In this document: one piece after another, positions 47,941 through 58,300 of the stretch
Position numbering within the stretch: the first letter of the stretch is position 1
How the letters are laid out: every line of letters starts with the position of its first letter
Origin: Eubacteriaceae bacterium
GTDB taxonomy: Bacteria; Bacillota; Clostridia; Eubacteriales; Eubacteriaceae
Direction of reading: 5' to 3'
NCBI GenBank assembly: GCA_017405085.1
Contig: JAFRBB010000008.1
Location: forward strand, 1,984 to 65,983
DNA length: 64,000 nucleotides
Made by a program: the position numbers and the translations under genes
Notes under the pieces: generated by a model
Seen by the model: only the letters and a program-made list of their open reading frames with translations
Told to the model about the DNA's origin: nothing
Database searches by the model: none

Positions 47941-50067
47941 ATGAAAGCAAAAAAAGTATCGTTATTATTAATTGTATTGATGATTTGTTTTATGATGTTG
48001 GGAGGTAATACATTTGCTCAAGAAAAGACAAAAGACTCCATCATTCTCAATCAAGGTAGCCAAGTGGGCGAAGTTGATATTGTAGAGGGAACCGAAACAT
48101 TAACACCGGAAGAAAGAGCAGCAGATAGCGATGTTAATTTAAACGACCTAAAAGATAGTAGCGTTAAAACCATGAACTTCAACGAACCGATTGTCGAAGG
48201 CGATTGGGAATATGTTATTGATGATAGCAAATATCAAGAAGCGTGGATGACCCCTTGTGTCAGACCAAGAAATTGCGCGGTTATCACAAATTACCTTGGA
48301 AACGCGAAAGAAGTAACGATCCCGTCAGAACTCGGTGGAAAACCGGTTGTAATGATTGATAATGGTTTTTGGGGAAATAAAACCGTAGAAAAAGTTATTG
48401 TCTCTGAAGGTATAATTGACATTGCCGCTTGTGTTTTTGTTGATTGTACGAATTTAAAAGAAGTATCTTTGCCAAGTACACTTAAATACATTGGAAAAAA
48501 TGCGTTTTTTAACTGTACTTCATTAAGAAACATTACAATCCCGGAATCTGTGTGTATCATTTACGAAGCAGCATTTTCTGTTAATGATGGAACCGCATCA
48601 GATTATACTCCACTTCCAAATTTAAATATTACCCTTGAAGCTCCCATGATTCGCTATGGGAAAAACGCAAACGCCGCATATATCAAAGACAACCACGTAG
48701 ATGTCAAAATGGCCGTTGATTATGATGCTTCCAAGCGTGTCGCTGAAATGATTAATGAAGATCGTGCTGATTGCCCATCGGAAAGGAAACCCCTTAAAAT
48801 CAGTAAAGAATTAACAGAACATGCTATGATTCGAGCTGTGGAATGTATGTTGTATTTTGACCATCAAAGCCCAACCGGATTAGATTTAAATACAAGTAAT
48901 ATCAATTATCCTGCATTGGAAAACATCGCAATCGGCGGTTATGGAGAAACAAATGTTGAAATAGCCGAAAGCTTGCAAGGTGTTCTCCTTAACTCTTGGG
49001 GACATCATATGGCAATGAGATCAAAAGACAATGTTACAATGGGTGTTGGCTTTACAACATTCGGAGATGACAGTGTCGTGGTTCAAGAATTCGGTCAACA
49101 AATCCCGGAACCGGAAGCAGATGATGAACTCCCCAGTGGTTCTGTAGATAAAGTCACAACAGTTTATTACTCACCGACATTTTTCGATATGCGCAGTGAA
49201 TTCCATGACGCGTCTGTTAATGATACTCTAGCATACGCGAATGATGGTTATTACGCAATTGATAATTTAACGTTAAATCCGGGAAATACTAAAAATATGG
49301 AATTGGCGGTTTATACAACAACCGGAAGAGAATCAATGGAATCTCATGGTGGTATGCGCCGCGTTAATCGCCGTGTTAATGCCAAAGCAACATGGGTAAG
49401 TTCCAATCCGGATGTTGTTGAAGTAGATGATAATGGAAAAATAATCGCTAAAAAAGAAGGAACTGCTCAGATTACCGCCACTACAGGAACCGTTTCCAAT
49501 ACACTTCCCGTCACTGTTACAAGCACAAAGCAAAGTGAACAGAAGTCACAAGAAGATTCTAAACCGACAACAACTCCTTCTACAGAAAAAGAACAAAAGG
49601 TGGCTTATCGAACCCATGTTCAAAACGTCGGCTGGCAACCTTATGTTACTAACGGTTTGATGGCAGGAACAAGCGGACGTTCTCTTCGTTTGGAAGGTAT
49701 GAATATTAAACTTGTTGATCAGAAATATGAAGGTGATATTGAATACCGTACTCATATCCAAAACATTGGTTGGGAAAACGGCTTTAAAAGGAATGATGCT
49801 ATGTCCGGGACAGAAGGACGATCACTTCGATTAGAAGCCATGGAAGTCAAATTAACCGGCGAAATGGCAAAACATTATGATATTTATTACCGTGTTCACG
49901 CTCAAAATATTGGTTGGATGGCTTGGGCTAAAAACGGAGAAAGCGCAGGCACTGCCGGACACTCCTATCGCCTTGAAGGAATGCAGATTGTCCTTGTTGA
50001 AAAAGGGCAATCACCGCCAAACATGGACCCACCGGCAAATTACGATCAAGCGTTCAAGCAAAAATGA
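47941..50067 (+). CDS. secreted surface protein: signal peptide, LRR_5 (BspA-type) repeats, CAP/SCP-like domain, Big_2 domain, 3 ChW repeats
   Basis: MKAKKVSLLLIVLMICFMMLGGNTFA signal peptide. LRR_5 region: VTIPSELGG...VEKVIVSEGIIDIAACVFVDCTNLKEVSLPSTLKYIGKNAFFNCTSLRNITIP. CAP-like region: ...NSWGHHMAMRS.... Big_2-like region: ATWVSSNPDVVEVDDNGKIIAKKEGTAQITA. Three YRTH(V/I)QN(V/I)GW repeats follow. Confidence 0.85.
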   Translation: MKAKKVSLLLIVLMICFMMLGGNTFAQEKTKDSIILNQGSQVGEVDIVEGTETLTPEERAADSDVNLNDLKDSSVKTMNFNEPIVEGDWEYVIDDSKYQEAWMTPCVRPRNCAVITNYLGNAKEVTIPSELGGKPVVMIDNGFWGNKTVEKVIVSEGIIDIAACVFVDCTNLKEVSLPSTLKYIGKNAFFNCTSLRNITIPESVCIIYEAAFSVNDGTASDYTPLPNLNITLEAPMIRYGKNANAAYIKDNHVDVKMAVDYDASKRVAEMINEDRADCPSERKPLKISKELTEHAMIRAVECMLYFDHQSPTGLDLNTSNINYPALENIAIGGYGETNVEIAESLQGVLLNSWGHHMAMRSKDNVTMGVGFTTFGDDSVVVQEFGQQIPEPEADDELPSGSVDKVTTVYYSPTFFDMRSEFHDASVNDTLAYANDGYYAIDNLTLNPGNTKNMELAVYTTTGRESMESHGGMRRVNRRVNAKATWVSSNPDVVEVDDNGKIIAKKEGTAQITATTGTVSNTLPVTVTSTKQSEQKSQEDSKPTTTPSTEKEQKVAYRTHVQNVGWQPYVTNGLMAGTSGRSLRLEGMNIKLVDQKYEGDIEYRTHIQNIGWENGFKRNDAMSGTEGRSLRLEAMEVKLTGEMAKHYDIYYRVHAQNIGWMAWAKNGESAGTAGHSYRLEGMQIVLVEKGQSPPNMDPPANYDQAFKQK

Positions 50068-50088
50068 CAATTTATAATTCTTCTCTCA

Positions 50089-50116
50089 AAGAGTCTCAAT
50101 TTTGAGGCTCTTTTTT
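50089..50116 (+). terminator. rho-independent terminator
   Basis: GAGTCTCA-ATTT-TGAGGCTC followed by TTTTTT. Confidence 0.8.
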
Positions 50117-50387
50117 ATATAATAGGAACGATGCTATCACACAGATAAAATAATGAGAACTCACAATTAAAGCATATATTGAAAATCACTTAAACCTTGC
50201 ATTTGAGATTTGGATTTTTGCCTTCAACATGATATAATAATTTGAAATGAATGATTTCGCGAGCGGATTAACCGCCAAATAAGCGATTGTTGGTTATCCG
50301 GCAATGCTGATCATTTTAATCGCATTTAGAAAGTGTGGATCATACTAAAAATCGCAAAATGTATGATCATGATGAAGGTATTTTAGA

Positions 50388-51179
50388 ATGAAAGAGTATT
50401 TATCTTCTCCGGGCAGTGTGCCGCAATGGATTGAAGCGACGCAAATTGCCATGAAAAGCGGGGATTTTTCCCGAATTAAATATCATAAACGGGATCAAAT
50501 CATCACGGCAAAATATGGTTCGGACACCATCTCAGTGCTCATCGAGCCCAAAGACAGCGTCCATGTCAATTTGATCATCGAAGCTTCCGACAAGCAGGTG
50601 CTCGATTGGTTTAAGCATTGCGTGGCCGATGTGATGCTCCATCCCGAGCGGTATGAGGACGGCGCGCACAAAACGACTCGCAGGGAAGCTTTGGCCGCTG
50701 AGCGGGCCAATCGAAAAAAAGAACGGGAAAAACGAGAAGCCCTCGCGGAGCAAAATGATGTCGAAGAAGTTGAGACCGACGATATTTATCCGGATGAAGA
50801 AACGGAACTGCTCGAAACCGGCGGTTTTTGGGTTCGCTTCAAAATCATCAAAGAGCGAATGGAGCAAAAAAAATGGTTTCTCATTTTGATGCTCTTTGTT
50901 TTGCCGCCCTACGGCATTTATATCATGCATCATCAAAAGCGGTTCGGTTTTTTGATGCGCTGGGTGATGACGTTGCTTTTCGTGTGTTATTTTCTGTTTG
51001 TCTGGCTTGGCTTTTTCGGGGTCAACACCGGACTCAATAAAGCGCGTATCGACAGCTGGACGGCGGGCATCAGGCAGACGATGAGCGACACGGTTTATCA
51101 CATCAAAGACCGAACGTCACCGACACCGACGCCGACGCCGACCCCGACCCCCGAAGGGCAGATTCCCGCCGGGCAATAA
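50388..51179 (+). CDS. hypothetical membrane protein with charged coiled segment, two TM helices and a PTPTPTPTPTP tail
   Basis: The ORF has hydrophobic segments FLILMLFVLPPYGIYIM and VMTLLFVCYFLFVWLGFFGV. I recognise no family. Confidence 0.6.
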   Translation: MKEYLSSPGSVPQWIEATQIAMKSGDFSRIKYHKRDQIITAKYGSDTISVLIEPKDSVHVNLIIEASDKQVLDWFKHCVADVMLHPERYEDGAHKTTRREALAAERANRKKEREKREALAEQNDVEEVETDDIYPDEETELLETGGFWVRFKIIKERMEQKKWFLILMLFVLPPYGIYIMHHQKRFGFLMRWVMTLLFVCYFLFVWLGFFGVNTGLNKARIDSWTAGIRQTMSDTVYHIKDRTSPTPTPTPTPTPEGQIPAGQ

Positions 51180-51213
51180 GCCGAATGAGAGACACGCATC
51201 ATTTAAACTAAAC

Positions 51214-51250
51214 AAAAGACCTGGGAAGTTTGTTTCCGCAGGTCTTTTTG
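51214..51250. terminator. bidirectional terminator between convergent genes
   Basis: AAAAGACCTG...CAGGTCTTTTT, a hairpin flanked by an A-run and a T-run. Confidence 0.75.
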
Positions 51251-51275
51251 ATTTTGTGTTTATCTTATCGTTTTA

Positions 51276-52736
51276 TTATTCTGCCAGGGCAGCCAGAGTC
51301 GCGATGACGAGCTGCCAGACCCGCTCCGTGGAGGAGATGGAGAGTCTTTCCGCCGGAGTGTGAACATCCAAAATATTCGGACCGATGGAGATGATGTCCA
51401 TGTCGGGACATTTTTTCGCGAACAGCGCGCATTCCAAGCCGCCGTGGGTGACGTCTTTGACCAGGGGAGTTCCGAAAAGTTTTTCGTTTTCTTCGTTCAT
51501 CACGGTGTAGAGCGGGGAGTCGGATTTTGGCGTCCAGGCGGGATAGACGCCGGTCACAACGGCGGTACCGCCCAGATATTTGGTGAAGGCTTCAATTTTG
51601 TCGCCCAATAAATCGCGGTCGTTGTCCACATTGCTTCTGAGATGGGTGATGAGTTCGAAGGTGGTTTCGGTGGTTTTCATGATGCCGAGATTAAGGGAGG
51701 TGTCCACGCGGCCGGCAAGGACGCGGCCCATGCTTTGGACGCCGTCGGGCATGATGTTGAGGGCCATCAAGCAGCGTTTTTCCGATTCAGGATCCATGAC
51801 GTCATAGGTGCCCTGATCGCCGAATCGGGCGGAAATGAAGAGGTTTTTGTCGCCCTGTTCAGCGCTTTGCCTTAAGTTTTCCTGCAGGCGGGACAGGATC
51901 AGGCCGAGTTTTTCTCTGTCTTCGGGATTGATGACGATGTGGGCTTTGGCGCTTTGGGGGATGGCGTTGACTTTGTTGCCGCCGGTGAGGTCGGCGATTT
52001 TGAAGGTGATATCTTTTCCGAGGGAGAAGAGGATGTTGCCGAGGAGAATATCGGCGTTGTAGCCGAAGCGGTGGATGCTCATGCCGGAATGGCCTCCCTG
52101 GAGAGCGCCGACGGCAAGGCTGACGATCAAGCCGGTTTCGTCGGTGCGGGTGACGGGAAATTTGAGACCCATTTCGGAGCCGCCAGCACAGCCGATGGTC
52201 GCGATGCCTTCTTCTTCGGAATCGATGTTGATCAGGCGTTTCGCGCCGTCAAACACAACAGGGTCAAGGGCGTAGGCGCCGTCCATGCCGACTTCCTCTT
52301 CGACGGTCAGGACGATGATGGTTTTAGGATGGACCATTTGATCTTTTTCCGCCATCAAGGCGAGGCACATGGCCACGGCAATGCCGTCGTCGCCGCCTAA
52401 GGTTGTGCCCTCAGCGGTGAGATAGTCGCCATCGATGGTGAGGGCGAGGGGGTCTTTTTCAAAATTGTGGGCATGGCCTTCTTCTTTCTCACAGACCATA
52501 TCGAGATGACCTTGCAGCACAACGGGCGGAGCCCCTTCGCGGCCGGGGGAGGCTTCTAGGGTCGCGATGACGTTGCCGGCGCCGTCTTTGACGGCGGGCA
52601 CGCCGCATTGCTTGGCGACGCCTAAGCAATAATCGGCGATGGCTTCGGTGTTGTAGGAACCGTGGGGAATTTTTGCGATTTCATTGAAATAGTGAAAGAC
52701 TTTTTCGGGCTTTAATGTTTGAATTTCAGTTGTCAT
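51276..52736 (-). CDS. pepD: aminoacyl-histidine dipeptidase (PepD, M20 family)
   Basis: N-terminal VFHYFNEIAKIPHGSYN and GHLDMV motifs in a 486-aa protein. Confidence 0.9.
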   Translation of the reverse strand: MTTEIQTLKPEKVFHYFNEIAKIPHGSYNTEAIADYCLGVAKQCGVPAVKDGAGNVIATLEASPGREGAPPVVLQGHLDMVCEKEEGHAHNFEKDPLALTIDGDYLTAEGTTLGGDDGIAVAMCLALMAEKDQMVHPKTIIVLTVEEEVGMDGAYALDPVVFDGAKRLINIDSEEEGIATIGCAGGSEMGLKFPVTRTDETGLIVSLAVGALQGGHSGMSIHRFGYNADILLGNILFSLGKDITFKIADLTGGNKVNAIPQSAKAHIVINPEDREKLGLILSRLQENLRQSAEQGDKNLFISARFGDQGTYDVMDPESEKRCLMALNIMPDGVQSMGRVLAGRVDTSLNLGIMKTTETTFELITHLRSNVDNDRDLLGDKIEAFTKYLGGTAVVTGVYPAWTPKSDSPLYTVMNEENEKLFGTPLVKDVTHGGLECALFAKKCPDMDIISIGPNILDVHTPAERLSISSTERVWQLVIATLAALAE

Positions 52737-52900
52737 TTTTTCCTTCCTTAAATATAATCCATTGATATGTTGATTGATTTGGTTGGGGTCAAACCCTTTT
52801 CAAAAGGCGGGATCAGCGGACGATCTGCCCAACATATGCCGGGCGGCTTTATCAGATTTCGCTCAGAAAGCCGCGGAGCCTACATTTGCGACGATCTCTC

Positions 52901-54054
<1,154 letters not shown>

Positions 54055-54115
54055 GATGGCTGACGGGTTCGCCCGCGCGGGAAGTTTTGCTGTCGGCGGC
54101 TTTTCGTACGCATCG

Positions 54116-54670
54116 ATTAATAATGAATAATGAATGATTAATGATGAATAATTCTGGATGAAACTCGGCTTTGCCGAGTTTTTGATTTTAGAATAAGTTG
54201 CTGAGTACACAGCCTTCCCTAGATTAGGAATACCCTAGGGCACCTTCTCTGTTGCCCCGCCCATCAGGCGGCGTGGCAACATTCACCTTGAGGTGGCATC
54301 TCGCTTTTGGCGAGATGACGGAAGGGTTCTTTGGCGTGAGCTTTTCGCTATCCTTTTTTGGGCAGTTTTCTCGCTTTGCTCGAAAACATCCGTTTGGGAC
54401 AGCGATCCCTCACTTAAGTGGGCATCCAAATTTTAATTTGGCCTATGCGAACTTATCGAGCGAAGCGGGTGGACAAGCGCCCCTCGTCACGCTCGGGCTT
54501 ACCCCTCAGTCGCCTTCGGCGCCCCTACCATCAGTCATGCTTGCGCATGACAGCTCCCTCCCCGGAGGGGAAGAAGCCTTTTTGAGGCAGGTTTTTGGGT
54601 CAATGCGCTCAGCAAGTTTATTTTCAATTTGAAATTCGGCTCGGTCGGATTTCTACATGAATCATTAATC
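54116..54670. repeat. MITE-like, hairpin-rich intergenic repeat element, copy 1
   Basis: AT-rich termini (GATTAATAATGAATAATGAATGATTAATGA... and ...ACATGAATCATTAATC) are inverted relative to each other. Each terminus is followed inward by a hairpin and a GCTGAG box. The interior is a chain of short GC hairpins. It is related to 56863-57311. The left-end hairpin AAACTCGGC-TTT-GCCGAGTTT plus T-run doubles as the mnmA terminator. Confidence 0.65.
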
Positions 54671-54739
54671 GGGGAAGGAATTTTTTTGTCACGATGCAGT
54701 TTTTTTTGAGAGAGGGGAAGAAGTCTTTTTTTGTTTGGC

Positions 54740-56023
54740 TTAGTTGGTTTCGCCGCATCCGATGAGATGGGTGATGAATTGTTCGGCGGTGCGGCCCGAA
54801 CGGTTTAGGTGTCTGAGTTCCCAGGTAATGGCTTCCCGGGTGAGGTCGTCGTCACGCATGGTGATGCCGGCGGTTTTGGCCATTTCCCGGACAATGGTCA
54901 GGTATTCTTTTTGATTTGGCGCGGTGAAGCTTAAGACGAGTCCGAAACGGCTGCTCAGGGACAGTTTTTCTTCCATGACATCTTTGGCGTGAACGGCGTC
55001 GGTGCGTTCACTCATGCTTTCGGAAACGAGATGGCGTTTGTTGGAGGTGGCATAGATGCGCACGTTGGGGGTGTTGTCCTCCAGGGAACCTTCCAAGACG
55101 TTTTTGAAGCGTTTAAAGTCGTTTTCTTTGTCATCGAAGGACAGGTCGTCCACAAAAATGATGAAGGCATAGGGGCGGTCTTTAATGGAGGAGATGATGG
55201 TCGGCAGAGCGCCGATTCGTTCTTTGGTGATTTCGATCATGCGCAGATCGGTGTCCGCAAAGGTATCGAGCAGGGCTTTGACCATGGTGGATTTGCCGGT
55301 GCCCATGTCGCCTTTGAGCAGGGCGTTTAAGCCGGCGCGGTGCTCGACAAAGGCCCGGGTGTTGTCCGTCAATTGGTTTTTTTGAAGGTCATAGCCGATG
55401 AGGGAGGTCATCGGTTTGTATTGTCTTCGGGGAATGGGCACGAGGGCACCGGTGGCGTCGTCGATTTTGAAACATTGATGGGATTCGAAGATGCCGAGGC
55501 CGTGGCGCAGCACATAGGCGTTTAAGGCGGTGAAGGCCGCGGTTTCGTCATCTTGGTCGAAGGCTTTATGAAGGGCTTCGTCTTTGATATGGTCAAATAT
55601 GTTTAATTCGAAGATATTTTGAGTATCCAGCGGGTTTTCGTCTAAAAAAGTCTGCCAGTCAAAATGATAGACCGACAGCAGCACACGCAGGTCACCGAGC
55701 ATGCTCGGGTAAAAGGGGTGGGTTGGCAAGAGCTGTTCTTTTTCGAAAAGGCGGGTTAAGGGGTTGTCATCGGCCAGGATTCGGGAGAGGACAAAATCGT
55801 GCCACAGCGCCTTAGCGTAGCGGTCGTCGTCGGGGCGGGACAGGGCGTAGGCGCTGACATCGGCTTTCAGGGTGAAATAGGCGGTTTTTAGATCTTGATA
55901 AGACGCGCTTTGGCCGTTTTCGCCCAAAAGGCATTCGAAGGCTTTGAAGGTCGGGTGATCGGCAAAGTCTCTGAAAAAGGTGAAATCGGGATATCGGGGA
56001 TGGTCGGGCATTTGGTGTTTCAA
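54740..56023 (-). CDS. DUF815-type AAA+ ATPase (COG2607-like)
   Basis: LLKGDMGTGKSTMVKAL Walker A and FIIFVDDLSF Walker B. A TTG at 56023 sits 6 nt after AAGGAG. The ORF stays open up to 56146. Confidence 0.8.
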   Translation of the reverse strand: MKHQMPDHPRYPDFTFFRDFADHPTFKAFECLLGENGQSASYQDLKTAYFTLKADVSAYALSRPDDDRYAKALWHDFVLSRILADDNPLTRLFEKEQLLPTHPFYPSMLGDLRVLLSVYHFDWQTFLDENPLDTQNIFELNIFDHIKDEALHKAFDQDDETAAFTALNAYVLRHGLGIFESHQCFKIDDATGALVPIPRRQYKPMTSLIGYDLQKNQLTDNTRAFVEHRAGLNALLKGDMGTGKSTMVKALLDTFADTDLRMIEITKERIGALPTIISSIKDRPYAFIIFVDDLSFDDKENDFKRFKNVLEGSLEDNTPNVRIYATSNKRHLVSESMSERTDAVHAKDVMEEKLSLSSRFGLVLSFTAPNQKEYLTIVREMAKTAGITMRDDDLTREAITWELRHLNRSGRTAEQFITHLIGCGETN

Positions 56024-56205
56024 TAGATTCTCCTTTGGCTGTGATGGTGGTATGAGTATACCATAATTTAAATGGATGCGTGCCGGTTTTCCCGATTGTT
56101 CTGGTGAAAACCGTAAATTGTCGGTTACGAAGCCTTGTCGCGGCATGTACGTTGTGATAAAATAGTTATGAAATCATTTCCAAGCGATATACGCGGGGAG
56201 GTTAT

Positions 56206-56874
56206 ATGGCCAAACGAACGCAGCTTTCGCCTTTTGATATGGCGCTGAATTATCTGTCTTATCGCGACCGGACGGAAAAGGAAATGCGTGATTATCTCGC
56301 GGGGCATCACATTCGCGAGACGGCGATTGACGCGGTGATCGATAAGTTGAAGGATTATGATTATATCAACGATGAGCGTCTTTTTCGCAGGCTGTGTGAG
56401 CAGAACGCAGAGGGCAAACGTTTCGGAAAACGGCGACTGAGGCACGATTTGAAGCAAATGGGATTTGCCGATTCGCTCATCGCCCGGATGGACACGCTCA
56501 TTGATGACCAAACCGAACAGGCTTGTTTGGCTTTTCATTTCGCGAAGGCCGAGAAGCGCTACGCGGGGGACGCGCTCGCGGGGCGGCGGCGCAAGATATC
56601 CGCATATCTTATGCGCCGGGGATTTGGCTATGAAGCCCTCGTTCCGTTTTTTGACAGCATGGCGGACAGCGGCAACGCGGCGTCTGACGGGTCGGATGCG
56701 GATGATGACAAGCTTTTGTATTATTATGAAAAATATATGCGGATGCAATCCAGGAAAGGTTACACCGGTCGGGAGCTTAAGCTCCGGGTTCGCCGCAATT
56801 TGGCGCAGCGGGGCTTTAGACGTGAAGCCATTGACTGGGTTATGTCGGGGCATGCGCCTCGGATTAATGATTAA
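56206..56874 (+). CDS. recX: recombination regulator RecX
   Basis: ALNYLSYRDRTEKEMRDYL...DYDYINDERLFRRL...GKRRLRHDLKQMGF are RecX helical repeats. Confidence 0.88.
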   Translation: MAKRTQLSPFDMALNYLSYRDRTEKEMRDYLAGHHIRETAIDAVIDKLKDYDYINDERLFRRLCEQNAEGKRFGKRRLRHDLKQMGFADSLIARMDTLIDDQTEQACLAFHFAKAEKRYAGDALAGRRRKISAYLMRRGFGYEALVPFFDSMADSGNAASDGSDADDDKLLYYYEKYMRMQSRKGYTGRELKLRVRRNLAQRGFRREAIDWVMSGHAPRIND

Positions 56875-57311
56875 TAATGAATAATGAATAATTTAGGATG
56901 AAACTCAATCGAGCTGAGTTTCGGATTGGATTTTTGGGGATGGGCTTTGTAAGTCGTTTGTAACGTGGCTGAGTACATGGCCTCCCCTCCACCCGCTTCG
57001 CTCGATAAGTTCGCATGGTCCAAATCAAATATTTGGATGCTCACTTATAAATTAGGGGAGGTGGCGCCCGAAGGGCGTCGGAAGGGTTCTTCCTCGAACA
57101 GCTAACGAGAATTGACGTGTTTCAAAGGCTTTTTACGAGAGAACCCTTCAGTCCGGCATAGCCGAACAGCTTCCCTTATCAAGGGAAGGCTTTTTGCCGC
57201 GTTGCATTTAGGCTTTGACAAAGTCGACTGACTTGTGTGTTCAGTAAGCTTTTCAAATTTGAAATCCTGCTTGCCGGATTTCCACATGAATCATTAATCA
57301 TTCATCATTCA
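56863..57311. repeat. MITE-like, hairpin-rich intergenic repeat element, copy 2
   Basis: It has the same AT-rich inverted termini and subterminal hairpins as copy 1. Its left terminus supplies the last codons and stop of recX plus a hairpin and T-run. Confidence 0.65.
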
Positions 57312-57328
57312 CCAGGGGGTAATTTAAA

Positions 57329-58276
57329 TTGAAAATCGTCATTATGGAACCTCTCGGGATCACCGAGGATACGCTTAAAACGCTCACGATGCTGCTTAAA
57401 GCCGACGGTCATGAGATTGTCGCATACCCAGACAGAGCGCGGACCGACGATGAATTGGTTTCCCGCATTGCCGATGCCGAGGTGTTGATTCTAGCCAATC
57501 AGCCGCTTCGGGAGCCTGTAATTTCACGTTGCGATCGGTTAAAGCTCGTCGACATCGCCTTCACCGGAGTGGATCATGTGGACATCGCGCCCCTCAAGGC
57601 ACGGGGGGTGACGATTTGCAATGCCGCCGGCTATGCCACCAACGCTGTGGCGGAGCTGGTGTTCGGCCTCATCATTGATTTATACCGGGATATCACGCCC
57701 TATGACGCGGCCACCCGTAACGCCGGCGCGCGCAGCGGGGTTGGCCGTGAAATCGCGGGGAAGACTTTCGGCATTATCGGGACGGGCGCGATCGGTCTGC
57801 ATACGGCGTCGATTGCCAAGGCTTGCGGCTGCCGTGTTTTGGCTTACAGCCGGACGGAACGGAAAGCCGGCATCCAAGCCGGCATCGACTATGTGGATTT
57901 GGACACTTTGCTTCGCACGTCGGACATTGTCTCGCTCCACGTGCCTTTGACCGACGAGACGGCAGGGCTGATCGGCAGGCGGGAACTGGCGCTGATGAAA
58001 AAAAGCGCGGTGCTCATCAACACGTCTCGGGGGCCTGTGGTGGACAGTGACGCCTTGGCGGCAGCGCTTGAAACCGGCGGGATCGCCGGCGCCGGCATTG
58101 ACGTGTATGAGATGGAGCCGCCCATTCCGGCCGATCATCCTTTGGTCGGAGCACCCCACACGATTTTGACGCCGCATCTTGCCTTTGCCACGGAGGAATC
58201 CCTCTATCAGCGGGCGGTCATTGTGTTTGACAATGTGCGCAAATGGCTGGAAGGCCATCCGCAGAATATCGTTTAA
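57329..58276 (+). CDS. D-isomer-specific 2-hydroxyacid dehydrogenase family protein
   Basis: GIIGTGAIG NAD-binding motif. The distal ...LINTSRGPVVD... and TPHLA motifs are present. TTG start. Confidence 0.88.
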   Translation: MKIVIMEPLGITEDTLKTLTMLLKADGHEIVAYPDRARTDDELVSRIADAEVLILANQPLREPVISRCDRLKLVDIAFTGVDHVDIAPLKARGVTICNAAGYATNAVAELVFGLIIDLYRDITPYDAATRNAGARSGVGREIAGKTFGIIGTGAIGLHTASIAKACGCRVLAYSRTERKAGIQAGIDYVDLDTLLRTSDIVSLHVPLTDETAGLIGRRELALMKKSAVLINTSRGPVVDSDALAAALETGGIAGAGIDVYEMEPPIPADHPLVGAPHTILTPHLAFATEESLYQRAVIVFDNVRKWLEGHPQNIV

Positions 58277-58300
58277 TCCATCCATCCGGAGGTGATGTTT

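Noticed and set aside
54252-54632. A 126-aa ORF inside repeat copy 1 (MPRPSGGVATFTLRWHLAFGE...)
   Set aside because: It lies entirely within the hairpin-rich non-coding repeat and has no RBS. Its composition is low-complexity and driven by GC palindromes. Homologous DNA in copy 2 is partly inverted and not open.
56125-56853. A 242-aa minus-strand ORF opposite recX, and a 139-aa plus-strand alternative frame (56465-56884)
   Set aside because: The recX frame gives a clear RecX protein. The others are shadow ORFs without motifs or an RBS.
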